Below, piece by piece: positions 1 through 8,981 of a stretch of 64,000 bases of DNA. A program made the translations under genes and the position numbers. Below the pieces are notes generated by a model. That model saw only the letters and a list, made by a program, of their open reading frames with translations. It ran no database searches and was not told the origin of the DNA. The stretch comes from an uncultured Gemmatimonadales bacterium (GTDB taxonomy: Bacteria > Gemmatimonadota > Gemmatimonadetes > Gemmatimonadales > Gemmatimonadaceae), in assembly GCA_963707505.1 (NCBI GenBank), contig CAVPQB010000003.1:640001-704000 (forward strand), written 5' to 3'. The stretch's first letter is position 1. Each line of letters starts with the position of its first letter.

Positions 1-93
1 GATATAACCTGCGCCCTCGATCGCGTAGCCGCGTATCAGGCGGCAAATCGTGACACAGCAGCATCACGGTTTCTCGCTGCGACCGTAGCATGA
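1..93 (+). CDS. 3' end of an upstream gene (partial), possibly a trans-sulfuration/Met-pathway enzyme
   Basis: Frame 1 is open from base 1 (DITCALDRVAAY...TVA*). Its TGA (91-93) overlaps the next ATG (ATGA coupling). The product is guessed from context only. Confidence 0.4.
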   Translation, partial: DITCALDRVAAYQAANRDTAASRFLAATVA

Positions 94-2750
94 TCGATGT
101 GACAGGTCACACTCGAGCCGCCACTATCGGTTGGAGTGGCCCGCTTACAATCCACAAGTTCGGCGGCGCAGCGCTCGCCAACGCTGACGCGATCCGCGCA
201 GCGATTTCTCTCATCACGCGAGCATCGGAAGATGGGCATGCGTCACCATCCGGCGCGCATTCCGCCGTTGTGGTGGCATCTGCGTTCGCAGGTGTCACCG
301 ATGAGCTGTTGACCGTCGCGCGCACCGCATCCAGAAGTGGTGCGGCACAGATCGCCGCGCAGATCGAGCGACTGCGCGCGCGGCATCTGGAAGTTGTCGA
401 CTCGCTTCTCGCAGGGACAGACGCGGATGAATCACGCGCGTTCGTGCATCGCGCGTTCGAGGAGCTGGAAATACTGGCATCTGCGGCGCGGATCGTCGGT
501 GATGTCGGACCGCGCGAATCCGATCTCATCGTTGCACGCGGAGAACGCCTTGCAGCACGCATCCTCGCGGCTACGATGCGTAGCGTGGGAATCCCGGCTG
601 TTTTCGTCGATGCAACGGAGGTGATGGAAACCGACGGTTGCTTCGGTCACGCCGCACCCGATCTCGGCCGCACCGTCACCGCGAGTCGCGCAACGCTCGG
701 ACCGCTGCTCTCTGCGGGAGCCATTCCCGTAGTCCCAGGATTCATCGGTCGCGGTCATGACGGAGCGACAGTCACACTCGGCCGCGGCGGCTCTGATCTC
801 GTTGCGACTGTCCTGGCACGAGCATTGGACGCAGACCGTGTCATTCTGTGGAAGGACGTCGATGGCCTGTTGACCGCAGATCCACGCGTCGTTGCGACCG
901 CGCGCGTGATACCCCATCTGACTTTCCGCGAAGCGGCAGAATTGGCGCACTACGGAGTACAGGTCCTTCATCCACGTACGCTCGCCCCGCTCACCGAGCG
1001 CACTCGCGTGCAGGTGCGCCCATTCACCAACCCCCTGGCGGCTGGAACCGAGATTTCCAGTCGCCGCCACAGCTCGCCGTCGCCGGTACAGGCGATCGCC
1101 GCGACGATGGACCAGGCGCTGGTGAGCATCAGCGGTCAGGGCCTCTTTGCGCTCCCGGGTATCGCGACGCGCGCATTCGCTGCGCTTCACGGCGCCGGCC
1201 TTGGTGCAGCGCTCATATCTCAGGCGGCTACCGATTATGCGGTGGCGTTTACCGTCGCCAACTCTCGAGCAGGTGCCGCCGTTGCCGCATTGCGCAACGC
1301 TCTTGCGCCGGAGTTGGCGAGTGGGGAGATCGAGCACATCGACGCACGTGTCGGAGTCGCAACCATCGGCATCGTTGGGTGCGCGCTTGCACATGAGCCT
1401 GGCGTCGCGGCACGTGTATTCAGCGCGCTCGCAGACGCTGGAATCAACGTCGTTGCCGCCGCGCAGGGGAGTGGATCGGGTGGCTCGCTCTCCGTCGTCG
1501 TTGACGCGACACGCGCTGCTGAAGTCCAGTGCGCAATCCATGATCGGTTCCAACTGCACAAGACGGGCGGCGGCCGCGTAAGTGCGCCGGCACATGCCGA
1601 CGTCGTGTTGCTCGGGGTCGGTGCGATCGGCCGCGAATTGCTCGACCAGATCACCGGGCCTGGTACGACCGCCATCGCGCCGCTCCGCGTGTGCGGAGTG
1701 ATCGACCGATCGGGTTTCGTATTCGACTCGCGCGGATTTTCGCGAGCCGAGCTGGTCGCACTCTCGCTGCACAAATCGAACGGCGGCGCGCTGGCATCGG
1801 TGCCCGGTGGCGAGCTCGCTGATGCCGTCGAGGCGGTCGAGAGAATGTCTGCGCACGCCCTGTCGCGCCCGATTCTCGTCGATGTGACCGCCGCAGAGTC
1901 CGGCGCCGTGCTCGATCTCGCGCTATCCCGAGGATGGGATCTCGTGCTTGCCAACAAGATTCCGGTCGCCACACGCGCCACAGCCGTGCAGTTGGAGAAT
2001 ACCGCGCAGGCGCATGGCCGTCACATCCTCTACGAAGCAACGGTGGGAGCCGGTCTTCCCGTGATCGATACGCTGCGAAAACTCATCGAGGCAGGCGATC
2101 ACGTTCTGTGTATCGAGGGCTGTCCTTCCGGAACACTCGGCTATCTCTTCGGCGAGCTCGGCTGCGGCCGCACCTTCGCCGTTGCTCTACGAAGTGCGAT
2201 AGCAGCTGGCTACACCGAGCCGGATCCACGAATCGACCTCTCCGGCGTCGACGTGGCGCGCAAGGCGCTCATACTCGCGCGACTGATCGGATTCGATGGT
2301 GATCTCGACGACGTCGTAGTCGAGTCGCTCGTCCCCGAACGGTTGCGCGATATCTCGCGCGACGAATTTCTCGATCGCGTTGACGAGCTGAACGACCACT
2401 GGAGCGCACGCGTGAACGAAGCGAGAGCCGCCAACACAGTTCTTCGCTATCGCGCCCGCGTCACACCGTCGTCGATCACCGTTGGACTCGTCGCGGTGCC
2501 GGTAACCGATCCGCTCGGATCGCTGAACGGCACCGACAATCAATTCGCGTTCACGACGACACGCTACAAACGTCAGCCACTCGTAATCACCGGCCCAGGC
2601 GCTGGACCGGCTGTCACCGCTGCCGGCGTACTCAACGACGTCCTCCGGCTCGCTACTGAACGCGGTGCGCTACGCGTGAAGCGAGCACACACCGATTCCG
2701 TAACACCGTCGGATCTGTACTCTACAACACCCGCACCCAGATATTCCTGA
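90..2750 (+). CDS. thrA: bifunctional aspartate kinase / homoserine dehydrogenase
   Basis: HKFGGA, VVVASAFAGVTDEL, TLGRGGSD and DVDGLLTADPR (aspartokinase); two ACT-like segments; GVGAIG, ANK, YEATVGAGLPVI, GYTEPDPR and GPGAG (homoserine dehydrogenase). The thrA versus metL paralog cannot be resolved. Confidence 0.9.
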   Translation: MIDVTGHTRAATIGWSGPLTIHKFGGAALANADAIRAAISLITRASEDGHASPSGAHSAVVVASAFAGVTDELLTVARTASRSGAAQIAAQIERLRARHLEVVDSLLAGTDADESRAFVHRAFEELEILASAARIVGDVGPRESDLIVARGERLAARILAATMRSVGIPAVFVDATEVMETDGCFGHAAPDLGRTVTASRATLGPLLSAGAIPVVPGFIGRGHDGATVTLGRGGSDLVATVLARALDADRVILWKDVDGLLTADPRVVATARVIPHLTFREAAELAHYGVQVLHPRTLAPLTERTRVQVRPFTNPLAAGTEISSRRHSSPSPVQAIAATMDQALVSISGQGLFALPGIATRAFAALHGAGLGAALISQAATDYAVAFTVANSRAGAAVAALRNALAPELASGEIEHIDARVGVATIGIVGCALAHEPGVAARVFSALADAGINVVAAAQGSGSGGSLSVVVDATRAAEVQCAIHDRFQLHKTGGGRVSAPAHADVVLLGVGAIGRELLDQITGPGTTAIAPLRVCGVIDRSGFVFDSRGFSRAELVALSLHKSNGGALASVPGGELADAVEAVERMSAHALSRPILVDVTAAESGAVLDLALSRGWDLVLANKIPVATRATAVQLENTAQAHGRHILYEATVGAGLPVIDTLRKLIEAGDHVLCIEGCPSGTLGYLFGELGCGRTFAVALRSAIAAGYTEPDPRIDLSGVDVARKALILARLIGFDGDLDDVVVESLVPERLRDISRDEFLDRVDELNDHWSARVNEARAANTVLRYRARVTPSSITVGLVAVPVTDPLGSLNGTDNQFAFTTTRYKRQPLVITGPGAGPAVTAAGVLNDVLRLATERGALRVKRAHTDSVTPSDLYSTTPAPRYS

Positions 2751-3492
2751 AGCTGATCGGAGCGCTCCTGTCTCCATGCGCTTGCAGCAGAATCGGAGCG
2801 GGCCCGTGCTGCTTGTACTCCGGATACCCGGTGTTCTTCGTCACACCCTTGAGCGCGACGTGGTTCTGCACCAGTACGCCATTATGAAACGCCGTTACAT
2901 AAGCCGGCGTCGCGAGTGACCCATCGCCCTTGAACGTCGGCGCCGTCCACACCACATCGTACGTCTGCCATTCACCCGGCTTGCGCGCGGCATTCACCAA
3001 TGGCGCGTATTGCTTGTAGATGCTTGCAGCCTGTCCGTTGACGTACGTCTTGTTGTTGTACGAGTCCATGATCTGCAGCTCGTACCCGCCCACCGGAGTG
3101 ATCGCCAGAAAGACCCCGCTATTGCCGCGGTCCTGACTCGTCCCTGTGATTCCAACGGGAATGCGCCATTCGATGTGCAGCTGATAATCACCGAAGCTTC
3201 GTCTGGTCTGTATGTCACCCGATGGCTTGTTCACCGTGACGATCCCGTTGGCAACGTCCCACTTCGCCGCCGAGCTGTCGCGCGCGCTGATCCACTGATC
3301 CAGATTCCTGCCGTCGAACAACACTATTGCGTCCGACGGCGGCGCCGCATCCGACTCACCCGGCGTCACGATCCTGGGCTCAGGCCCCCAAACTTCCGTG
3401 TCAGCCGGTTTCGGGTGAGCCGCCACAGCCGTCTGCGCCGCGAGCGGTCCCGCAGCACAAACGACGACAATTGCAAGGAGATTGATTCGCAA
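2722..3492 (-). CDS. secreted DUF1080 (3-keto-disaccharide hydrolase-like) protein
   Basis: Signal peptide, then PPSDAIVLFDG, FGDYQLHIEW, RGNSGVFL, YELQIMDSY, GEWQTYDVVW and LQAHG...ISFRNIW. Confidence 0.88.
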   Translation of the reverse strand: MRINLLAIVVVCAAGPLAAQTAVAAHPKPADTEVWGPEPRIVTPGESDAAPPSDAIVLFDGRNLDQWISARDSSAAKWDVANGIVTVNKPSGDIQTRRSFGDYQLHIEWRIPVGITGTSQDRGNSGVFLAITPVGGYELQIMDSYNNKTYVNGQAASIYKQYAPLVNAARKPGEWQTYDVVWTAPTFKGDGSLATPAYVTAFHNGVLVQNHVALKGVTKNTGYPEYKQHGPAPILLQAHGDRSAPISFRNIWVRVL

Positions 3493-3557
3493 CCTGAAAA
3501 TTCCGCGTTGATTGTATCACCCCCGACGCCAACCACGCGCCGAATTGGTGGTCCTGC

Positions 3558-3582
3558 GTAGGGCGCGGATGTATCCGCGCCT
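3558..3582 (+). repeat. GTAG-headed REP-like palindrome, copy 1
   Basis: GTAG-GGCGCGGAT-GT-ATCCGCGCC-T, intergenic; near-identical copy at 57102-57126. Confidence 0.6.
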
Positions 3583-3614
3583 GGCCCGCATACGCGCGAT
3601 CGAAACCGGATGCC

Positions 3615-4244
3615 CTACCGCACCATTCCCATCGCTGGATACGATACAAAGCGGCCGGCAATCGAACCGATCACGATGAAGATCACGATCGCGCAGATGA
3701 TTACCACCACAGTGTAACCCATCGCCTTCTCTGCCGGCGCCTTCATCAATGGCGGAAGCCCCGTGTACAGCAAGTACAGGCTGTACAGACCGAGCAACCC
3801 GAGAAGGCGCAGCCCTGGAATTAGCGCGAAGATTCCAGCCAGCCAACTCGCCGTGCACGAGTACGCCGCAACCTTCAACGCCTGGATCTGATTCTTCTGA
3901 CCCGCGAAAGTCGGCGCGAGAGCGTCGATTATCAGCGCCAGCACATAGATGCCGACCAACCCGAGTATGTATTGGGTTATCGCGCTCGTGAGTGCCGACC
4001 CCAGCGGAACGCGATACGTACCGAGTAACGGAAGGCTGATTCCGAAAATGCTCAGCCCGATCACCGACGCAATCGGTGGAATGGCCGACAGTGGGATGAT
4101 GTAGCCGGTGTACAGCTGACTCACGGTGGTTGACTCACCGTCTATCACACGCCACTCCGACTTCGGCTGCATGATGATGCCCTTCACACGCGCGACAAGC
4201 CCAGTTGGCCCCTGAGCGTCCAGCGAATCCCCGACAGTGGACAT
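3615..4244 (-). CDS. Yip1 family membrane protein
   Basis: RVKGIIMQPKSEW, IIDALAPTF, QALKVAAYS and LYSLYLLYTGLP; about five TM helices; GGGGGA RBS. Confidence 0.88.
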   Translation of the reverse strand: MSTVGDSLDAQGPTGLVARVKGIIMQPKSEWRVIDGESTTVSQLYTGYIIPLSAIPPIASVIGLSIFGISLPLLGTYRVPLGSALTSAITQYILGLVGIYVLALIIDALAPTFAGQKNQIQALKVAAYSCTASWLAGIFALIPGLRLLGLLGLYSLYLLYTGLPPLMKAPAEKAMGYTVVVIICAIVIFIVIGSIAGRFVSYPAMGMVR

Positions 4245-4302
4245 TGAATCCCCCCGGTTGATTGAATGGAAGAAGCTAGGGAGAGTTTACCACCCGGGGG
4301 GC

Positions 4303-4338
4303 GCAGCGCAAGCTTGCATTGCAGCGCAAGCTCACATT
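4303..4338. repeat. 18-bp tandem direct repeat in a divergent intergenic region
   Basis: GCAGCGCAAGCTTGCATT followed by GCAGCGCAAGCTCACATT (2 mismatches). Confidence 0.6.
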
Positions 4339-4457
4339 GTAGTGTACCCGTGCGAAGGCCGGTGTTAAGGCAGGCAACGCTTCTCCCCTGGAAACTGACA
4401 CATAATTAAGGAGAGCGGCGTCGATCATCGGCGCCCGAGGCCTACAGGAGCGACACA

Positions 4458-4559
4458 ATGGTATTCGACATTCTTGCCGGTGCGGTCATCATCGGCGTCG
4501 GCGGCTGGGCATGGAATCGCCTCGTCCGCCACTGGGCATCGACCGGAAAGCGATTCTAG
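4458..4559 (+). CDS. small membrane protein (33 aa), not in the ORF track
   Basis: AGGAG RBS at 4446-4450, ATG 4458; MVFDILAGAVIIGVGGWAWNRLVRHWASTGKRF*, a single hydrophobic helix with a basic tail. Confidence 0.5.
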   Translation: MVFDILAGAVIIGVGGWAWNRLVRHWASTGKRF

Positions 4560-4600
4560 TCACCTCCGGTCACCACACAATCCAAGCTGGAGCTTCGCCC

Positions 4601-4831
4601 CTACGGCTTCGTCGCGTTCGTGTCGGCCACCATGGGGTTCCAGCATACCGCCGCTGCAGACCCATTCATCTGACAGAACCTTCCCGTCCGGCCATCGACC
4701 ACCGAAAAGTGCTCAGGGCCGGCCGAGTAACGGTGGTCGCGCGCGGGACCAATGAGATAGAGCGTCGCGTCGAGGCTCAGGACGATCAGGCAGACAGCGA
4801 CGACGATCTGTAACCAGCGAGGTATTTGCAT
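4601..4831 (-). CDS. hypothetical small membrane/secreted protein (76 aa)
   Basis: N-terminal hydrophobic stretch; fills the gap between neighbours; no family recognised. Confidence 0.45.
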   Translation of the reverse strand: MQIPRWLQIVVAVCLIVLSLDATLYLIGPARDHRYSAGPEHFSVVDGRTGRFCQMNGSAAAVCWNPMVADTNATKP

Positions 4832-4902
4832 GGCCGCAAAATGCGGCCATCGTCCCGGCTTGGCCAGTGTTCACGCCGAGCGCGGTACCTGCACCAGAAA
4901 GC

Positions 4903-4940
4903 AGAAAAGGGCGCGCATCTCTCGATGCGCGCCCTTTTCT
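4903..4940 (-). terminator. intrinsic terminator (bidirectional type) after the PEP-CTERM gene
   Basis: AGAAAAGGGCGCGCATC-TCTC-GATGCGCGCCCTTTTCT, a perfect stem with A/T tracts at both ends. Confidence 0.85.
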
Positions 4941-4974
4941 CTCAACGCACCTCAGTGCGCCGATCCGGCCATTA

Positions 4975-5556
4975 CTACTTCTGCTTCTTGCGACGGATCA
5001 TCGGTACGAGGCCGACGAGGCCCGTTCCGAGAAGAGCCATCGAGCTCGGCTCAGGCGTCGAAACGAAGCCCTGAACCGTGGTGTGGCCGTTGTTGTTGTT
5101 CGGCGCAACGATCGAGTAGCCCAGGCCTGGCGTGAAGTTCGTCAGGGAGTAGCTGGACGCGTTGATGTTGAAGATCGTCGGGTTTGCCGGATTCCAGTAG
5201 GTAAGGCTTCCGGTGCTCGAGATCGTACCAGCGAAGGAGCCGAAAAAGCTCCCCTGACCGGTCGTCGGGGATGTCTGGAACACGTTCAGGGTGAACTGAT
5301 CGTTGAACGTTCCGCTCGAACCTGTCCCGGCAGCGGTGGAGACGAAGTCGCCGAAGCTGATGTTGCTCGGCGTCGACGTCGACGTGCTTGGAAGGCCGTT
5401 GAACGTGATGGTCATTCCACCGTTACTGACCGTATTCGTGCCGGTTGACGTAAACACACCTGTTGTGAAATACGTTACCTGAGCCTGCGAAGCTGCTGGA
5501 AGCGCCAACGCCGCCGCAACACCAGCAACAGCGGTAAACCGTCGAGAAATCTTCAT
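4975..5556 (-). CDS. PEP-CTERM sorting domain protein 1
   Basis: GGAGGAG RBS; signal peptide MKISRRF...ASQA; S/T/G/N-rich body; C-terminal TPEPSSMALLGTGLVGLVPMIRRKKQK. Confidence 0.93.
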   Translation of the reverse strand: MKISRRFTAVAGVAAALALPAASQAQVTYFTTGVFTSTGTNTVSNGGMTITFNGLPSTSTSTPSNISFGDFVSTAAGTGSSGTFNDQFTLNVFQTSPTTGQGSFFGSFAGTISSTGSLTYWNPANPTIFNINASSYSLTNFTPGLGYSIVAPNNNNGHTTVQGFVSTPEPSSMALLGTGLVGLVPMIRRKKQK

Positions 5557-5661
5557 ACAGTACTCCTCCAAAAAATGTTGAACTACCCGACGGTGACCCT
5601 AGGAGCTGGCTATACAGCGCCGCAATCGCGCCCGTCGACACCCTGCGACATCCACCTGATT

Positions 5662-5677
5662 GGCAGATTCCATGCCC
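5662..5677 (-). promoter_or_regulatory. putative sigma-54 (-24/-12) promoter of PEP-CTERM gene 1
   Basis: Minus strand G-GG-CATGGAATCT-GC-C fits GG-N10-GC, about 105 bp upstream of the start codon. Confidence 0.6.
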
Positions 5678-5833
5678 CGCGAAACCATTGGGACATAACG
5701 CCTTAAACGCCCGGATATCGACCATCGGATATGTGATGTTCTCCCATGAAAACCCACGAAACCGCACCGCAGCGCCCGAACACGAACATGACGCCATTGT
5801 CGTACGAATTGAACCATCGCCAACCAGTCCTTG

Positions 5834-5851
5834 TGTTGCATTGGCCCCACA
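5834..5851. promoter_or_regulatory. putative enhancer (bEBP upstream activating site)
   Basis: TGTTGC-ATTGGC-CCCACA, a variant of the TGTTGC-N6-GCAACA palindrome, midway between two divergent GG-N10-GC motifs. Confidence 0.45.
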
Positions 5852-6009
5852 TGTGTTGGATCGAAGGTGTCCCGGCCGCCAGCAGCCCCGCAGCGACGGT
5901 GCCGCCTAACATACCTTGCAGGCCGCGCCGGTACCGATGTTGCGGCTCCCCTTTGCCGCCGATACTCCAAACGGTACTGCATCACTATCGAATCACTGGC
6001 GCATCGCCC

Positions 6010-6025
6010 TGGCCAGGTCCCTGCT
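6010..6025 (+). promoter_or_regulatory. putative sigma-54 promoter of the epimerase operon
   Basis: T-GG-CCAGGTCCCT-GC-T, about 16 bp before ATG 6041, which has no clear RBS. Confidence 0.45.
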
Positions 6026-6040
6026 ACTCTTCCAGACACC

Positions 6041-7015
6041 ATGTCCACTTCTGTACTCGTCACCGGCGGCGCCGGCTTTATCGGCTCCCACGTCGTCCGG
6101 CAATTCATCGAGCACGGCTCGTCCGTGACCGTCCTCGATGACCTGTCCTCCGGCAAGCTCGCCAATCTCCCCGAAGGCGTCACCTTCGTGGAAGATGACA
6201 TCAGATCGCCCTCCGCCGCCCGCCTCGTGCGCGACGGCGCCTTCGACGTCATCTGTCACCTCGCCGCCCAGATCGACGTCCGAAAGAGCGTCAACGACCC
6301 CGCCTACGACGTAGCCGTCAACATAGGCGGCTCGCTCAACCTGCTCGAGGCCATGCGCCAGAGCGGCAAGAAGACAACCCGCTTCATCTTTTCATCCACC
6401 GGCGGCGCCCTCTATGGCGACGTCGAGATGTTGCCCACCCCCGAGGACTTCCCCAAGGATCCCCAGTCCCCCTACGGCAACGCCAAGCTTTCCGTGGAAT
6501 TGTACCTCGGCTACTATGCACGAGTGCACGGTCTCGATACTGTGGCGCTCCGCTACGGCAATGTTTACGGCCCGCGTCAGGATTCCCACGGCGAGGCCGG
6601 TGTCGTCGCGATCTTCTGCGAGCGCGTCCTGGACGGACGGAAGCTGACAGTCTTCGGCGATGGAAAGCAGACCCGCGATTACGTGTACGTCGCTGACGTC
6701 GCGAACGCCAACTTCCTCGCCGCCACGCGACAGCTACCGCCAGCCGGTCCTCTCGATTCACGCTCGTTCAACATCGGCACCGGCGTGGAGACAACCGTGA
6801 TCGAACTCGCTGAGCTGATTCATGACGCGTCGGGCACCGCACCTGTCATCGAACATGCTCCGGAGCGCGCCGGCGAGGTTCGCCGCTCGGTCCTGCTGGC
6901 TTCCAGAGCCGAAAAAGTACTCGGCTGGACTCCGCGCATGTCAATTGCAGACGGTATATCCGAAACGTTCAGGTGGTTCGCGGACGAGCGCGACAGCGTC
7001 GCTAGCACCGCATGA
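6041..7015 (+). CDS. NAD-dependent epimerase/dehydratase (UDP-glucose 4-epimerase-like)
   Basis: VLVTGGAGFIGSH, HLAAQIDVR, SSTGGALYG, catalytic YGNAK and LRYGNVYGPRQ. Confidence 0.92.
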   Translation: MSTSVLVTGGAGFIGSHVVRQFIEHGSSVTVLDDLSSGKLANLPEGVTFVEDDIRSPSAARLVRDGAFDVICHLAAQIDVRKSVNDPAYDVAVNIGGSLNLLEAMRQSGKKTTRFIFSSTGGALYGDVEMLPTPEDFPKDPQSPYGNAKLSVELYLGYYARVHGLDTVALRYGNVYGPRQDSHGEAGVVAIFCERVLDGRKLTVFGDGKQTRDYVYVADVANANFLAATRQLPPAGPLDSRSFNIGTGVETTVIELAELIHDASGTAPVIEHAPERAGEVRRSVLLASRAEKVLGWTPRMSIADGISETFRWFADERDSVASTA

Positions 7016-7030
7016 TCGCCTAGGAGAAAC

Positions 7031-7927
7031 GTGGCAACCGAGCATGTCTTCACGGTAGACGTCGAAGACTATTTTCAGGTGTACGCATTCGAGGGCGTCG
7101 TCGATCGCGCCGCGTGGGATGGCTATCCGTCACGCGTCGCGCGCAATACGGACGTGCTCCTCGACCTGCTCGCGCGTCATGGCGCTCACGGGACCTTCTT
7201 CACACTCGGCTGGGTCGCCGACAAGCATCCCGAAATAGTTCGCCGAATCGCCGACGCCGGTCATGAGATCGCATCCCACGGATGGTGGCACCGCAAGGTG
7301 ACCGCCCTCACCCCCGCACAGTTCCGCGAGGACGCCCACGCGTCGCGCGCCATCCTCGAGCAGGTGAGCGGATATCCCGTCGTCGGCTATCGCGCGCCGA
7401 GCTTCTCGATCACGCCCGGAAATGAATGGGCATTCGACGCGTTGCTGGAGACGGGCTATCGGTACGACTCCAGCCTGTTCCCGATCAGCCGGTCCAACTA
7501 CGGCTACCCGGCCACGCCGCCGCTGCCGCACCTGATCCATCGTAGCGCCGGCGATCTCATGGAATTTCCGCTCACCACCACGCGCATCCTGGGCAAGAGC
7601 ATACCCGCAGCCGGCGGTGGATACCTGCGGCATTTTCCATACGGCATAATCCGGCACGCGTTCAGCGAAAAAGACCGCTCCGGAATCCCCGGCGTGTTCT
7701 ACATTCATCCCTGGGAAATCGATTGCGAACAGCCGCGCATGCCCGTACCGTGGCTGACCACCGTCCGTCATTACCGGAACATTCACAAAGTGCTTCCCCG
7801 ACTCGAGCGCCTGCTCGGCGAATTCAAATTCACGTCAATCGCGCAACGGCTCGCCGGTGACGGCAAGTGGTTTCGTGCAACCGCTCCGCTCCCCGACGTG
7901 TCACCACAAGCCGTAGTCCGGATTTGA
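7031..7927 (+). CDS. XrtA-system polysaccharide deacetylase (DUF3473-containing)
   Basis: TVDVEDYFQV, TFFTLGWVA, HEIASHG, GYRAPSFSI, GGGYLR and FYIHPWEID; AGGAG RBS with GTG start. Confidence 0.92.
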   Translation: MATEHVFTVDVEDYFQVYAFEGVVDRAAWDGYPSRVARNTDVLLDLLARHGAHGTFFTLGWVADKHPEIVRRIADAGHEIASHGWWHRKVTALTPAQFREDAHASRAILEQVSGYPVVGYRAPSFSITPGNEWAFDALLETGYRYDSSLFPISRSNYGYPATPPLPHLIHRSAGDLMEFPLTTTRILGKSIPAAGGGYLRHFPYGIIRHAFSEKDRSGIPGVFYIHPWEIDCEQPRMPVPWLTTVRHYRNIHKVLPRLERLLGEFKFTSIAQRLAGDGKWFRATAPLPDVSPQAVVRI

Positions 7928-8973
7928 CACTGCGCGTCGAGCGCTACACCGGATCGCCCGAGCGCTGGAACGAGTTCGTCCGGTCACAAAACGGCTGGAC
8001 GCACTTCCACCTGCACGGCTGGCGCAATGTCATGCAGCACGCAATGGGACACGACACTCCGTATCTCGTCGCCATCGACGATGCAGCCCATGATGACCAG
8101 ATCGCCGGTGTACTGCCGCTGGTCCGCGTGAAGAGCACGCTGTTCGGACACTTCCTCGTCTCGATTCCCTTCCTTAATTACGGCGGCCCACTCGGATCAC
8201 CGTCCGCGATAATTGCACTGGGCGCCCACGCTGCGACGATGGCGACTGACGATGGCGCAAAGGTTCTCGAGCTGCGCAGCCGCTACGACGTCGGTGCAAT
8301 TCCGGATTTTTCCGTGTCGCACCGCAAGATCACCGTCCTGCTCGACAGCCGCGGAGGCTCCGATGCGTTGTGGAAACGGCTGAGCTCGAAATTGCGCAGC
8401 CAGATCCGCAGGCCGCAGAAGGAAGGCGTTACCGTGCGCATCGGCGCGGATCAGGTGCGACCGTTCTACAAGGTTTTCGCGCATCACATGCGCGACCTCG
8501 GCACCCCCGTAATGCCGCGCAGGTTCTTCGAGGCAATAGCGCACGAATTCGGCGACGACGCCCTGTTCGCCGTTGCGTATCACAACGACAAGCCGATCGC
8601 ATGCGGCGCGGGCTTCACGTGGGGCACCGGTGACGACACTGAATTCGAGATCACCTGGGCATCGGCGTTGCGTGCGTACAACCGCATGTCACCCAACATG
8701 CTGGTGTACTGGGAGCTGATGAAACACGTGGCGGATCGTGGAGTCAGCACGTTCAACTTCGGCCGCTGCACGCCCGGTGGAAACACCCACAAGTTCAAGA
8801 CGCAGTGGGGCACCGTCGATCAGCCACTCTGGTGGTACGAGCGCAGAGCGGCCGGCGCTGCAACGCCATCCGAAGGACACGGCGCCGCAGCGCGCGGCCC
8901 CGAAATCTGGAAGCGCCTCCCCCTCCCGCTGGCAAACGCGCTCGGCCCGCGCATCATTCGCTTCATCCCGTAG
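7924..8973 (+). CDS. FemAB-like GNAT, XrtA/PEP-CTERM system-associated
   Basis: GVLPLVRVKSTLFG, SIPFLNYGG, LELR, KLRSQIRRP, MRDLGTP, PNMLVYW and FNFGR. A TTG start overlapping the upstream stop is inferred. Confidence 0.9.
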   Translation: MTLRVERYTGSPERWNEFVRSQNGWTHFHLHGWRNVMQHAMGHDTPYLVAIDDAAHDDQIAGVLPLVRVKSTLFGHFLVSIPFLNYGGPLGSPSAIIALGAHAATMATDDGAKVLELRSRYDVGAIPDFSVSHRKITVLLDSRGGSDALWKRLSSKLRSQIRRPQKEGVTVRIGADQVRPFYKVFAHHMRDLGTPVMPRRFFEAIAHEFGDDALFAVAYHNDKPIACGAGFTWGTGDDTEFEITWASALRAYNRMSPNMLVYWELMKHVADRGVSTFNFGRCTPGGNTHKFKTQWGTVDQPLWWYERRAAGAATPSEGHGAAARGPEIWKRLPLPLANALGPRIIRFIP

Positions 8974-8981
8974 CGGACGCG

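Noticed and set aside
432..1856. Long antisense ORFs (also 55865-56956, 57508-58617, 59488-60552)
   Set aside because: Shadow frames of well-supported genes in GC-rich DNA, with no recognisable motifs.
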